The notes below the pieces were generated by a model that saw only the letters and a list, made by a program, of their open reading frames with translations, was not told the origin of the DNA and made no database searches. The translations under genes were made by a program, and so were the position numbers. 44,404 nucleotides of DNA from an uncultured virus (IMG/VR IMGVR_UViG_2061766007_002618) (Duplodnaviria > Heunggongvirae > Uroviricota > Caudoviricetes), in the IMG/VR virus record IMGVR_UViG_2061766007_002618; one strand, written 5' to 3'. Of this stretch, positions 1-11,103 are shown in pieces; position 1 is the first letter of the stretch; the number at the start of each line of letters is the position of its first letter.

Positions 1-3000
1 GTGAACGCGCGCAGCGCGCTCGTCTTGTCCTTCGCGTCGCGGACGTGGTTCATCTGGCGCTCGACTTCCGCGAGGGCGTCAGCCGTCCCGTCCTTGTCCT
101 TNNNNNNNNNNTATCTGGCGCTCGACTTCCGCGAGGGCGTCAGCCGTCCCGTCCTTGTCCTTCCATAGCACGTCGAAGAGCGCCGGCGCGCGGCTCCGCA
201 GCGCGTTAACCTCGGCTTCGCTCGCCTTGCCGCTCATCGCCTCGGCGGAGGCGCGGATAATCTTCTCCAGGCTCGGCGCTTCCTCGGAGGCGAACAAAAC
301 CTCTTGGTCCGCCTCACCGACGGCCTTCTCGACGCGCGTCGCAACGTCCGTGAGGAATGCGCTTATCTTCTGCGGCGCGTTCGCGTTTTCGGCGATTGTC
401 TGCGCGAGCAGCTTCCCTTCCTCGGAAAGCGCCTGCTTGTCGCCGAAGTTAAATCCCTCCTGCGCGAGAAACGCCTTCATGGACTTGCCGCCGCTCTGCT
501 TGAAATCGACAATCGCGCGCAGCGCTTCCGAGAGATTCCGCCCGAAGTCGAGGTCGGTGCCCTTCGCCGCCTCCGTCGCGGAGAGNNNNNNNNNNACGCT
601 TCCGAGAGGTTCCGCCCGAAGTCGAGGTCGGTGCCCTTCGCCGCCTCCGTCGCGGAGAGGACAGGAGCCGCCGCACTGGTCACGCCGTCGATGATGTTTT
701 GCAGACCGAGGGATTCCGCCTTCTCCGCGAACACCTGGGTCAATGTCGTCGCCGCGTCCTCGTCCGTCGCGGACAGTACCGAGGCGACGAGCGCGAGGCG
801 NNNNNNNNNNCATCGTCACGCCGTCGATGATGTTTTGCAGACCTAGGGATTCCGCCTTCTCCGCGAACACCTGGGCCAATGTCGTAGCCGCGTCCTCGTC
901 CGTCGCGGACAGTACCGAGGCGACGAGCGCGAGGCGGACCCGCCGATATGCCTTGTCATTCGGCGTCAGGTCGGAGTTGCGCAGGGATTCATCCTTGAAT
1001 TCCTTTAGCAGCGCCTCCACGAAGTCGATGTTGTCGCGGCTTTNNNNNNNNNNTCCTTCACGGCCTTTTCGCCGTCGCGATGCTCCTGCGTGGCCCGCTG
1101 ATTCGACTTGTCGGCGAACTCGACGAGCTGTTCCCTCGTCATGCCGTCGATAATCCGAATCGGGATGAAGTTTCCATCCGGGACCTTGACGCCGCGACGC
1201 TCCATATCGGCTCGCGCGTCGGCCTCGAACTGGCCGCCCTTGCCGCGTTCAAAGGAAAGCTGGATGCCGCGCGTGTGATGATTGCCCGCGACAATGTAGC
1301 AAAGCCCGTCGTGCCAGACGCCGAAGGCCGCGCCCGTGTCGCTAATCTCGCTGTTGCCCGCCATGCGGTAAAGCGGCCCGTTGGCATACTTCTCGACCTT
1401 CTGCTCGTTCGTCTTGCCCGTCGTAATGCGGTTCTGCATGTGCTTCTCGAACTGCTTGTAGCGCGGGTCGAAAGAGGTAACGATTTTGTCGGCGGGAACG
1501 GCCTCCCATTTACCCTCGACGGTCATTTCGCCGTCGGGCGTGATAACGCTGAACGTGTCGGAGGTGGTCGCGGGCTTTTCTCCNNNNNNNNNNCTCGGCC
1601 TTGGGCGTGGGCGCTTGCGACTTCTCTTCGGTCGCGGGCTCGCTTTCCGTCGCGGCGGGCTTGCCTGTTTCGTCCGTGTACTTCTCAAGGAGGTTGTCAA
1701 GCAGCGTCGCGTCAGTTGACTTGTCTGTGACGCGGAAGCCCATGCCCTTTAGCTTCTCGATTAGCGACTTGCGCGTCGCCGGCGAGAGCGCGGGCGCGTT
1801 CTGCGGCATTATGCGGCGGGACAGTACGCCCTCGACCGTTTCGCGGTCCTGTGACGGGACGCGCTGATTGGAAGCCGCGTCAAAAGAAGCCTTGCGAATC
1901 TTAATCCCCTTCTCGGAGAGCCATTCCGCAGGCGTTTTCGCGGATTCCTCGGCGGGGGCCGCTTCATCGGCCTTGGGTATGGGCTTCAATTCATACTCGC
2001 CGTTCCTAGTGATATTCTCGACTTCCCAGATACCGCTATCGTTTTTTTGATTGTCGAAGTGAACTCTGGCGGGAACCCTCTCTTCTTCATAGTCCTCGTC
2101 TGTGAATCGGTCGCCAATCTTTAGCCCGTCGTACCATGTTCGGCCTCCGTCATGTGTCCAACGCGGGCCTTGCGTGACTTTCCAGCGTTTTTTTCCGCTT
2201 GAACTTAACGTAATGACGCCCTTCTGTCCATTTTCAAGTTCGATCTCGTCGCCTACGTTTCCAATCGGCACATTATTATCGTTAACTGGAAACTCTTTAG
2301 GCTTTTGGGAGGTTTCCGCCTCCGTTTCTTCGCCATTGGATGTTTTCGGCGCTGACACCTTTTCGGGAGCACCGGATTCCTTTTGGCTTGTCTTGCCGGC
2401 GAACTCTCGTTTTGCCTTTCGGTATTCACNNNNNNNNNNNNNNNNNNNNNNNNNNNNNNTGGCCAAAGCCGCTGCGTCTTCTAGTTCGTGAAACTCCCTC
2501 GCGCTACCACCGTTGCTATAAGTCACACGTTTCGAGCCGTCGCCGTTGTCGGTTTCCTGCCGGGGATGCGCCTTTAGCCATGCGGACACCTTTGACTCCG
2601 CGTCCACTTGCGCTTCCCTTGCTCGGTCTGCGCGTTCTCTCGCCTTCTCTACTGCGGACTGTTCCGCAGTTTCAGTTTCGGTTTTCGGCGTCGGCTCGGC
2701 CTTTGGCGTTTCGGCCTTTTTGTCGGCCTGCGGTGTCTNNNNNNNNNNNNNNNNNNNNNNNNNNNNNNNNNNNNNNNNNNNNNNNNNNNNNNNNNNNNNN
2801 NNNNNNNNNNNNNNNNNNNNNNNNNNNNNNNNNNNNNNNNNNNNNNNNNNNNNNNNNNNNNNNNNNNNNNNNNNNNNNNNNNNNNNNNNNNNNNNNNNNN
2901 NNNNNNNNNNNNNNNNNNNNNNNNNNNNNNNNNNNNNNNNNNNNNNNNNNNNNNNNNNNNNNNNNNNNNNNNNNNNNNNNNNNNNNNNNNNNNNNNNNNN

Positions 3001-5472
3001 NNNNNNNNNNNNNNNNNNNNNNNNNNNNNNNNNNNNNNNNNNNNNNNNNNNNNNNNNNNNNNNNNNNNNNNNNNNNNNNNNNNNNNNNNNNNNNNNNNNN
3101 NNNNNNNNNNNNNNNNNNNNNNNNNNNNNNNNNNNNNNNNNNNNNNNNNNNNNNNNNNNNNNNNNNNNNNNNNNNNNNNNNNNNNNNNNNNNNNNNNNNN
3201 NNNNNNNNNNNNNNNNAAGGGCGCTTTCGTCCAGGCCTGCGGCCTTCCTGAACCTGTCCGCGAAGGCCTTGTGTTCATTTTCGTGGAGAAGTGTCTCCAT
3301 TATCCCGAACGCGGAGCGATTCGCATTGATGTTGACGTAGATTGTGTTCCCCGTCGGCGACGGTGCCGTCATGCCGCGCGGGTCGAACTGCCCAGCGCGA
3401 ATGAGTTTCTCGCGCACGTCCTGCGGGAGGTTCTTGTCCTGCAATCCGTCGAACACGACGACGCCCTCCACGGTGTCGAGGCCGAGCTGCGCCGCGAGGT
3501 TTTCCGTGAACTTGCGCTGGACGGCGTTCCGCGTGTCGATAACGTCGGCTATCTTGTTGAACTTGCGCGCCTGCGCCAGTGCGTCGCGCACGTTGTCGAA
3601 CGTGTTGCGCTCAAGCGGAATCCGGCTGCCGCGCGGCGTCTGCAACTGGAAGAAGCGCTTGCCGTCCTTGTCCTCCAGCGCGAGGATTCGCATTCCCGTC
3701 GCGGGGTCGGTAAAGACCTTCTGCCGCCCTTCTTCGCTCGCGAGCAGATTGTTCACGTCAATGTCGGTCGCGGGCGCGTCCTTGAGGCCCTTGCGGATTT
3801 CGCCCGTCTCGTCGAAAAGGAAAAGGCCCTTGTAGGCGTTGACGACGTTGCGCGCCGCCTCGTTGTCCGCGAGAATCGCCTCCGTCTCGTCAATGACCTT
3901 CTGCCATTGCCGCTGGTTCGTGCCGTTGGGCTTGCCTTCCTGGGACAAGTCGAGCTGACGCGCCGCGCCAATCTGCGTCTCGGCGACGAGGCGACGGTAC
4001 ACCATGAGCTGGTCGAACGGGTCGAGCTTCTTGAAGTCGGACTCGTTGCGCATGAAGTTNNNNNNNNNNNNNNNNNNNNNNNNNNNNNNNNNNNNNNNNN
4101 NNNNNNNNNNNNNNNNNNNNNNNNNNNNNNNNNNNNCCGACGCGCTGCTGCGCCGTGCGCACCTGCGAGCGGTTCTGCGCCGTGGACACGGCCCCGCCAA
4201 CGCCGCCGAAGAGAAACGACGTGAACGCAGCCGATACGGCCTCGTTCGCAAGGGACATGAGGTAGTCCGGCACGGACTGCTCTGTCCCGTCTTCGTTCAA
4301 CTCGCGCCAATGCCCGCTCTGCTTCTTCTGGAAGGCCGCGCCGATGAGGTCCTGCACGACTTCCTGCGCACCCTCGGACGCCGCGTCAAGCGCGAGGTCC
4401 TTCGCAAACTTCTTCCAGCTCGCGGTGAATGCCTCGCGCGCCAGCGTCCGCATGGTGAATTCGGTCGCGGCCTTCCGCGTCATTCCCGCGCCCATAGCCT
4501 GCATGACTTGACGCGCCTGACGGCCCGCGCCCCAAAGTGCGCCGATGGAGTCAATGGCCGAATACGCGATTGCGGAGGCGTGTGCCGCGCCAACGTCGTA
4601 CTCCTTGCCCGTCTCGCGCGCGATCTTCACCTGGCGCTCGGCGTTTTCCTCGAAGTTCATCGGGTACGAGACGACGCCCGCCGCNNNNNNNNNNNNNNNN
4701 NNNNNNNNNNNNNNNNNNNNNNNNNNNNNNNNNNNNNNNNNNNNNNNNNNNNNNNNNNNNNNNNNNNNNNNNNNNCGCTTGTTCGCCCGCCGCCTCGATG
4801 CCCCAATTAAAGAAGTCACCGACGCCGTGAATATCCTCGATGCCGGCGACGGAGCGCGGGTTCTGCTTCCGCATGTACTCCATCGTGTCGGCGTTCTGCT
4901 CCGCATGGTCAGAATTGAACATGGTGTCGAAGCCCGCCGCGAGGGACGTGGCGCTCGTCTGCATCTGGTCCCAGCCTTTGCGAAGCCACGAACGCCCCTT
5001 GTTTTTCGCGTCGTACATGTCATAAATGTCGTTCGCGATGAGTTGCGCGCGCCGGTTGTCAAGCCATGTAAACTGCGAGCTGTTTATGGCGTTCTTGTAG
5101 AGCGCGACCTTCTCCTTGTCCTCCGGCGTGTCGGCCTCGTCCTCTACAAACTTGAGGCATTGATTCAAGTCGGACCACAGTTCATTTCGCCGCGTGGTTT
5201 CACCTTTGAGCCATTCGCGATATTTCTTTTCCGTTTCGGGGTCCAATGTTGACGCAGGCGCAGTCGCGGGCGCTGGCGCAGATTCTGGTTGCGCCTCTGG
5301 CGCGGGAGCGGGTGNNNNNNNNNNNNNNNNNNNNNNNNNNNNNNNNNNCCGTTCCGAGCGACGCGCTCATGGAATGCGTCGGGTCCGCCAGGTCGCGACG
5401 CCGAGCTTCCTCGCGCCGTTCCTTGTCCTGGTTAATCAAGTCCGCAGCTTCGGGATTTCCGTACCTGTCCAT
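1..5472 (-). CDS. Giant polyvalent / internal virion (ejected) protein, DarB/DdrB-like; gapped, runs off window
   Basis: Start MDRYGNPEAA at 5472 after RBS GGAGG. Consecutive minus-strand frames across gaps (5472-5349, 5314-4776, 4684-4137, 4058-3217, 2738-1594, 1583-1054, 1043-1). Contains HENEH (3271-3285) and a ddrB-ParB-like block (1054-1583: V.TPDG...W..V....I.TS.D..Y....Q.R...DTGA...GN). It is the last gene of the virion operon. Confidence 0.75.
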
Positions 5473-5488
5473 AAAACCTCCAAGAAAA

Positions 5489-6909
5489 TCAATGTCCAGC
5501 CTTTACTCTTCGAGCTTTTCGTATCTCTTCTCTCAGCTTGCTGATTTCTTCCATTTCACCAGGTGACGCGCCGGCGGAACCGGCCTTTTCCTTTAACAAT
5601 TCGAGACGCCTTTCCGCCGCGTCAATATCAAAGCCTCCTAACCTTTCTGCCTCTGCTTCTGCCTTTTTCTTGGCCTCATTTCTACGGGCATCTCGAATCT
5701 GCTGCCGCAACTCATTAACCTTTTCCGCGTCGCCAGGTGCCGCAGCAGAAGAACGCGCCTTTTCCTGCAATATTTCAAGTTGTCTCTCTGCCGCGTCAAT
5801 GTCAATATCGCTTACAGGGGCGGGTTCCGTCCCCGTATCATTATTATTTGAAGGTGGCGAAGCGGATTCTGGTTTTTCGTCATTCTTCTTACCAGTCGCA
5901 GCGGTTTCTGCGTTTACTTCGGAGGGTGCGACATCGGCTTTTGGCGCAGAAGCCTCGGATTGAGCCTTCGTGGCACCATCCGTAATTTGAACCGAGCCGA
6001 CGGGAAGGTCGTCAAGTCGTCCTGTCGTCGTCTCACCGTTCTTCGTTTCCGTGAAGGTGTCGCCCTCGCCCTCGATTACATAGCTGCCGTCAGCCTTGGC
6101 GATGCGGAACTTACCTTTACGGGCCGGTGCCGCAGCAGGAGCGCCAGCTTCCATGGTAGCGGGCGCAGTCGTGCCGGTTTTGCCGCCTTGAGGCGTCGCG
6201 CCGACGGACTGCAAGTATTCGTCAAGCCGTGGCGTGTTCCCGCGCGTCCCTTGTGCGCCGGTGATTTCCTTCGCGACGCTCGCGCCGTTCTCGAAGCCGT
6301 ACCTCCTGCCCCATTCGGCCTGCATCTGGCCTTCAAGCCACTTCGCCTGTTCCTGCCAGCCTTCCTTGATGTTGCCGTCCGCGTCGCGAAGGAATGCCGC
6401 CGCCTCCATCCAACGCGCCATCGGGTCCACGGGCGCGGCCTCGGCGGGCGTGCCACCTCCCGTGAACGTCACCGAGCCTTTCTNNNNNNNNNNNNNNNGC
6501 TGGAGGGAAGCCCCATCGACGCGCGGGCGCGCTCCGCGCCTCTACGGACATTTCCGAACATGGCGTCAACTTCGCCTTGCGTTGGCATCCGCCCGCCACC
6601 TGCGCCGCCTAGCGCGCCAACGTCAATCGGCGTGTTCAGCGACCGGCGCATGTCCGCCTCAAGCGCCATCTGCCCGCGACGCTCGTCCGAGAGCCGCGCG
6701 TTCTGGTTGGCGAGCGCGACCGTACCGCGTTCCCATTGATTCGTCTGGGGATTCCAAACAGAGCGGTCGTCGGGCTGCGCGTCTGGATCGTCGCCGGTGA
6801 CGCGGAATTGTTCGAGAGGCGGCGCGGACGCCTGGATGAGCGGCGCGTTCGGCGCGTGGCCGGGGCTTACAATATGCGAATCGTTGTGGGCTTGAATGAG
6901 TTGTGCCAT
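5489..6909 (-). CDS. Putative internal virion/ejection protein with C-terminal helical tandem repeat (gap 6484-6498)
   Basis: Joins ORFs 6469..6909 and 5489..6472 across a short gap; Ala/Gly/Glu-rich; two copies of DIDAAERxLExLxEKAxSxxAxPGxxE; immediately upstream of the giant protein. Confidence 0.6.
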
Positions 6910-6910
6910 G

Positions 6911-7957
6911 TTATGCCTCCTCTTGTTCCTTAAGATATGCGAGCGGGTCCATGTCGAGGTCCTCCGCCGGCGCGACGCTGTTCAGCTGGAGCTTGTTGAA
7001 TTTGAGCTTCGCCGTGCTGGAGTGAAGCCTGTTTTTGTTAGAGAAATGTTCGAGAACCGGGGAAACATCGATGCAGACGTATCGCCACGTGCCAAGCCGC
7101 CGATCCATGTAGCGCCAGCACGTAATAGTGTAGACGAGGGATTCGAACACGTCGTCGAGGCCGTAAGTGTCATAGAACTCGCACGTGTACCAGTCGGGTG
7201 CCTTAGTCTTGCGATTGTCATAATAATCTTCCCAGAAATACCCGCCGGGCCAAACAGAGCCGAGGCGCGCCCTTTGGGAAAAAGACGGATTCAATGTGCC
7301 GGTATATGGAGCGCCGGTGACATGTGCAGAGCCATATTGGGCGACGCCGCCCCGGAAGACAAAAACCTTGGGCTGGCCATTTTCGTCAAGATCGAAACGA
7401 ATCGACTCGTTATTGTAAGCATCATCCGTCTCGGGTTCGAGATCCTTGAGACGGAATTGGTTTTGAATGCGGACGGAGCCGCCCAACTTTGCCAGCCCTT
7501 TGTCAACTTGACTCTCCCTAAAATCGGGGATGCCACGATTCATGGTAATGGAAGACGGGAGCCCGTCAATCTTTTGCACCCAGGCGGGAACGGGAATGGT
7601 TTCGCCACCGACCGCGCCCCAATCATGCCCATGCTCGACGCCATCGAAGTTAAAGGTCCAATTCTTGCCCTGCTCCTGCGGGGTCTTTCGGTCGTAATAC
7701 CAAATGAAATGAGTTTCCTCGATAAACTCCTCCGCGCCCAGATACGGTATGAGAGTGTCGTTTCCGTCCTTGAGCTTACAGGCCAAGCACGAGTCATTCG
7801 TCATGCTCGGGTATTTGCACATCAAAAAGCCTTCCGCTTGAAGGCCGAGAAGCGTGGAAAGCAGGCTGGGGTCGTCCTTTTCGATGAAGATACAAAGGGC
7901 GCCCCGCTGGTCAACTTGTAGGAAGTTGTCGGCAACTATGTCTTCAATGAACTCCAT
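6911..7957 (-). CDS. Hypothetical virion-operon protein (348 aa, aromatic-rich)
   Basis: Clean ORF, TAATG-coupled to the upstream gene. Confidence 0.7.
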   Translation of the reverse strand: MEFIEDIVADNFLQVDQRGALCIFIEKDDPSLLSTLLGLQAEGFLMCKYPSMTNDSCLACKLKDGNDTLIPYLGAEEFIEETHFIWYYDRKTPQEQGKNWTFNFDGVEHGHDWGAVGGETIPVPAWVQKIDGLPSSITMNRGIPDFRESQVDKGLAKLGGSVRIQNQFRLKDLEPETDDAYNNESIRFDLDENGQPKVFVFRGGVAQYGSAHVTGAPYTGTLNPSFSQRARLGSVWPGGYFWEDYYDNRKTKAPDWYTCEFYDTYGLDDVFESLVYTITCWRYMDRRLGTWRYVCIDVSPVLEHFSNKNRLHSSTAKLKFNKLQLNSVAPAEDLDMDPLAYLKEQEEA

Positions 7958-8811
7958 TACTCTTCCGTATCAACGGCGTAGCCAAATGTGTAGTTGGGGC
8001 AGGTGTTCGTCCTGACCGTGAAAGTGGCCTTCGCGGGAATGTCGCTCGCACCGAGGCCGACGCCTCCAGGGAACTTTCCATCGCGTTTTTGTTTTGAAAG
8101 AACTTCCTGCGGGCCAAACTGAAGCGCAAGTAAAACCCTCGCCCCCTCGGAAAGTCCCTGGCGGATAATGGGACGCACGGCAATGTTGTCCGGGTCGTGT
8201 AGCAGGAAGTTTCCAATGAACTGCCGCTGTTCCGGCCCGATGCCGATAACGCGCCCGCCTGCGCTGACCTGGACCTCGCGAAGGAAGGCGTACACGGTTT
8301 CCATGTTGCAGGTGTCGTCAATCTGCGTCGCGATACGCGATATGGCGTAAAAGCTGAAAGCCGTATTATTGTCCGTGCCGACGGATGAGGATTCGGCATC
8401 AACTGAATTTGTGCCGAACGCGGGGCCGACGATCTTGCCTGGGTTGGGCGGGTCAATGTCGCGCAGCGTCCACCAGCGGCGAACGCCGTTTATCATGGAA
8501 TAAATGCGGTTGATAAATCCACCCGCGCCGCTGCCTGAATCGGCGTCGCCTTTAAGACGCAGGCCGTTCGCCCCGTTCTCAATGGAACCCGCGTTGTCGA
8601 TTTTGTTTTCAAAGTAGTCTGGCGGGTCGCCGGCGCGCATAGAAACTTTGCCCGCCTCTTCGTCCGTCTTTTTGTTTTGCGGCGCGCGTTGATCGTTCGC
8701 GCCGTTTTGCGTACCGAGAAAGTCCGCGAGGCGCGAGGCATTGGAGGCCACCTCGAAGTCGAAGGCCTTGCTTTGCCCGTCCGAGCCTGAATATGACGCC
8801 TGGATTCCCAT
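7957..8811 (-). CDS. Putative tail-associated protein (284 aa)
   Basis: ORF with RBS GGAGG; GDPPDYFENKI resembles D.xxYL..KI motifs of phage tail proteins; synteny. Confidence 0.6.
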   Translation of the reverse strand: MGIQASYSGSDGQSKAFDFEVASNASRLADFLGTQNGANDQRAPQNKKTDEEAGKVSMRAGDPPDYFENKIDNAGSIENGANGLRLKGDADSGSGAGGFINRIYSMINGVRRWWTLRDIDPPNPGKIVGPAFGTNSVDAESSSVGTDNNTAFSFYAISRIATQIDDTCNMETVYAFLREVQVSAGGRVIGIGPEQRQFIGNFLLHDPDNIAVRPIIRQGLSEGARVLLALQFGPQEVLSKQKRDGKFPGGVGLGASDIPAKATFTVRTNTCPNYTFGYAVDTEE

Positions 8812-8820
8812 TCGCGCCTC

Positions 8821-10179
8821 CTAGTAAGTGGCCCCGGTTTGAAGCGCGAGCTTGGAGACGCCCGCGCCGATTGTCTCCGCACCAGGATAGGAATCCTCGC
8901 GCTTCTCCATGAAGGTGCACATCTTGACAAAAATGTCGTTGCGAACCTCGGTGAGCTTGATGAACATGGCGATAAGGTCCTTGAACTTGCCGAGAACGTC
9001 AATAACCTTGCCGCCAATGTCGCAGGTGAGCGTCGCGATCTTCCCGTAGGCGTCGATGCGAAGCTGTACCAACTCGTCCATGAGGTCGTTAAGGGCGATT
9101 TGACGGTCGCGCTCGATTCCGCTTTCCGTCGTCGGCCAAACCGTGCCGTTGTAAAGTCCCTGGGTAATCATCCGCGACCGCGTTTCCTCCATGAGCTTGT
9201 CGAATTTGCGGTTGATTTCGGCGATGCGCGAATCTCCGAATGTGTCGGGAATCTCACCTACTTTGTCGCGGAAGAGGTCGAGCGCGTTCTTGCAATCCGC
9301 CACGATGCCGTCAATAAGGTCGCGCAGGTCCTCGGGCGCAATCGGGCGAATGTTGTTCATTTCGTCCTCGGTGCGAGACACGACAGCCGCGTAGAGCCTC
9401 ACAAGCTCTTCGTAGCGGGCCACATTGATTTTCTTCCCGTCGTTGTGCGCGGCAACAAATGACGTGGCGAGGGCATCGACGGCTTTTTGACTGTCAAGAA
9501 TCCAACGCTCTAGCGTCACGACGGCCTTCGAGCAATAATACGGGTCGTTCTTGTCCGTCGTCTCGATTTTAACAGTATGTCCATGTTCCGTGGTGTCCGT
9601 CTTGTCATGATGAATTTTGTAGTTGTTATAGGTGTCCTTGGACGAACTTTTCGCCTTGGCGTTGGACTTCCCCCATGCGCTATATGTCTCTGAATCGCCC
9701 TTGGACTTTCCGCGAGAACCCGCATAATTGGAACCATCCACATTGGAACCCGCTTCAGAACTGGATTCAGATTCTGACTCATACTTGTTTTTCGACCCGC
9801 TTTTGGAGCCTGATTCATTAGAGGCTTCGCCTTTGGTCTCTATGTTTCCAGTTGTAGTGTCGTCGCCTTTCGTTGTCACCGCGTCTTTTCCGCCATGCGT
9901 TTCCGTGCGGACGACTTTCTTCTCCCCTGGATTTGCTATTCGCGTGTTGTCCGTCGCACTGATGATACGCCACCCTTGCGCGAACATGGGATTCAGGACC
10001 GAAGCGCGCAACGCGCCGACGGTGCCGTATGACCCCGTGTATTCGCCGAAGTTAATTGTGCAAGTTTCGTACTTGAACCAATCCTCGGTGTTAAGCTCGA
10101 ATTTGGCAGGCTTGTGCTGACTAACGTATGTTGAAAACGGCGTTTCTACAATTGGGATTTTCTTAAGTGTGTCTGACAT
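8821..10179 (-). CDS. Putative tail/ejection protein with central Ser/Thr/Gly/Lys-rich segment and helical C-terminus (452 aa)
   Basis: ORF with RBS AAGGAGG; composition; synteny. Confidence 0.65.
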   Translation of the reverse strand: MSDTLKKIPIVETPFSTYVSQHKPAKFELNTEDWFKYETCTINFGEYTGSYGTVGALRASVLNPMFAQGWRIISATDNTRIANPGEKKVVRTETHGGKDAVTTKGDDTTTGNIETKGEASNESGSKSGSKNKYESESESSSEAGSNVDGSNYAGSRGKSKGDSETYSAWGKSNAKAKSSSKDTYNNYKIHHDKTDTTEHGHTVKIETTDKNDPYYCSKAVVTLERWILDSQKAVDALATSFVAAHNDGKKINVARYEELVRLYAAVVSRTEDEMNNIRPIAPEDLRDLIDGIVADCKNALDLFRDKVGEIPDTFGDSRIAEINRKFDKLMEETRSRMITQGLYNGTVWPTTESGIERDRQIALNDLMDELVQLRIDAYGKIATLTCDIGGKVIDVLGKFKDLIAMFIKLTEVRNDIFVKMCTFMEKREDSYPGAETIGAGVSKLALQTGATY

Positions 10180-10188
10180 AGAACCTCC

Positions 10189-11103
10189 TTATGCGGAAAG
10201 TGCGTACTGCAAGATGGTCGTGGAACGGGCGATGTAGAGGTTCTGCCCAGCGCGGTCGATGGCGAAGCCGTGGACGTAATTAGTCCCTAAGTCCCATACG
10301 TGATCAAAAGACATAGTGGAAATGTTAAATGGCGCGGAAAGTTTAAACACAAAGAATACGCCCGTATCGTAAGCATCTTTACTCCACAATAAAGTTAAAA
10401 TAAAACCATCAGGTGAAAACTGCCAGTCACGAAAATGATTGGGGTCTGACGCAACATTAGAAATGCCACAGTTTGAAGTGAAGCGGGAAAATGACACTTG
10501 GGTATAAACAAGAGAGGCGGAAGAAACGTCAAAAGGAACGGAAAGATAATATGAGCGCATTGAGGCAGTGCTAAGAACTAAAAGAAATAAACCATCTGAA
10601 GAAAATGCCAAACCTTCCACCATTTCAGTATATTCATAAAAAGCACTCATATCTGACCATGCTTGGATTGATGATATGTCAAACGCCGAATCAAGAGGAC
10701 ATGAATACACGTCGTGCTGATTCCCCTGGCTTGGCACGCGTCCCTGTCTGACAAAGTGCAGGCCGTCAGCCGAAAAGGCAATTGGACGAACGACGCTGTT
10801 AAGCACGCTATTCGTTGTATGAGAAATAGAATAAGGCGCATTCTGGAGGTAATATATATCTCCATAGTGCCCTGCGGGGAAATTGTAACGCCTGGTTATA
10901 GAACTCTCTTGCTCAAGTAAAAAAGAAGAATCTGCGGGAAGAAAAAGACGCCGTGGAGAAACAGCGGAGCCATTAACCGCAGGGGCTTGGGAATTCAAGA
11001 GTGTTGCGGAATTGACATATTCGGATTTTGTCAAATCGAAATTCCAACCTATCGCGGAGACGCCCTGCCTGAACGCCGCGCGTCTGTGAAGTGCGTATGC
11101 CAT
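10189..11103 (-). CDS. Beta-propeller-like tail/receptor-binding protein
   Basis: ATG at 11103 overlaps the fibre stop (TAATG). Repeated blade motifs FSADG/FSSDG/FSPDG, each followed by LDSAFDISS/LSVPFDVSS/LSAPFNIST. Confidence 0.65.
   Translation of the reverse strand: MAYALHRRAAFRQGVSAIGWNFDLTKSEYVNSATLLNSQAPAVNGSAVSPRRLFLPADSSFLLEQESSITRRYNFPAGHYGDIYYLQNAPYSISHTTNSVLNSVVRPIAFSADGLHFVRQGRVPSQGNQHDVYSCPLDSAFDISSIQAWSDMSAFYEYTEMVEGLAFSSDGLFLLVLSTASMRSYYLSVPFDVSSASLVYTQVSFSRFTSNCGISNVASDPNHFRDWQFSPDGFILTLLWSKDAYDTGVFFVFKLSAPFNISTMSFDHVWDLGTNYVHGFAIDRAGQNLYIARSTTILQYALSA

Noticed and set aside
1..950. Tandem duplications here and at 28162-28332, 39445-39650, 41500-41800 and 42200-43690
   Set aside because: Copies flank 10-N gaps and differ by scattered, largely silent substitutions; best explained as strain alleles
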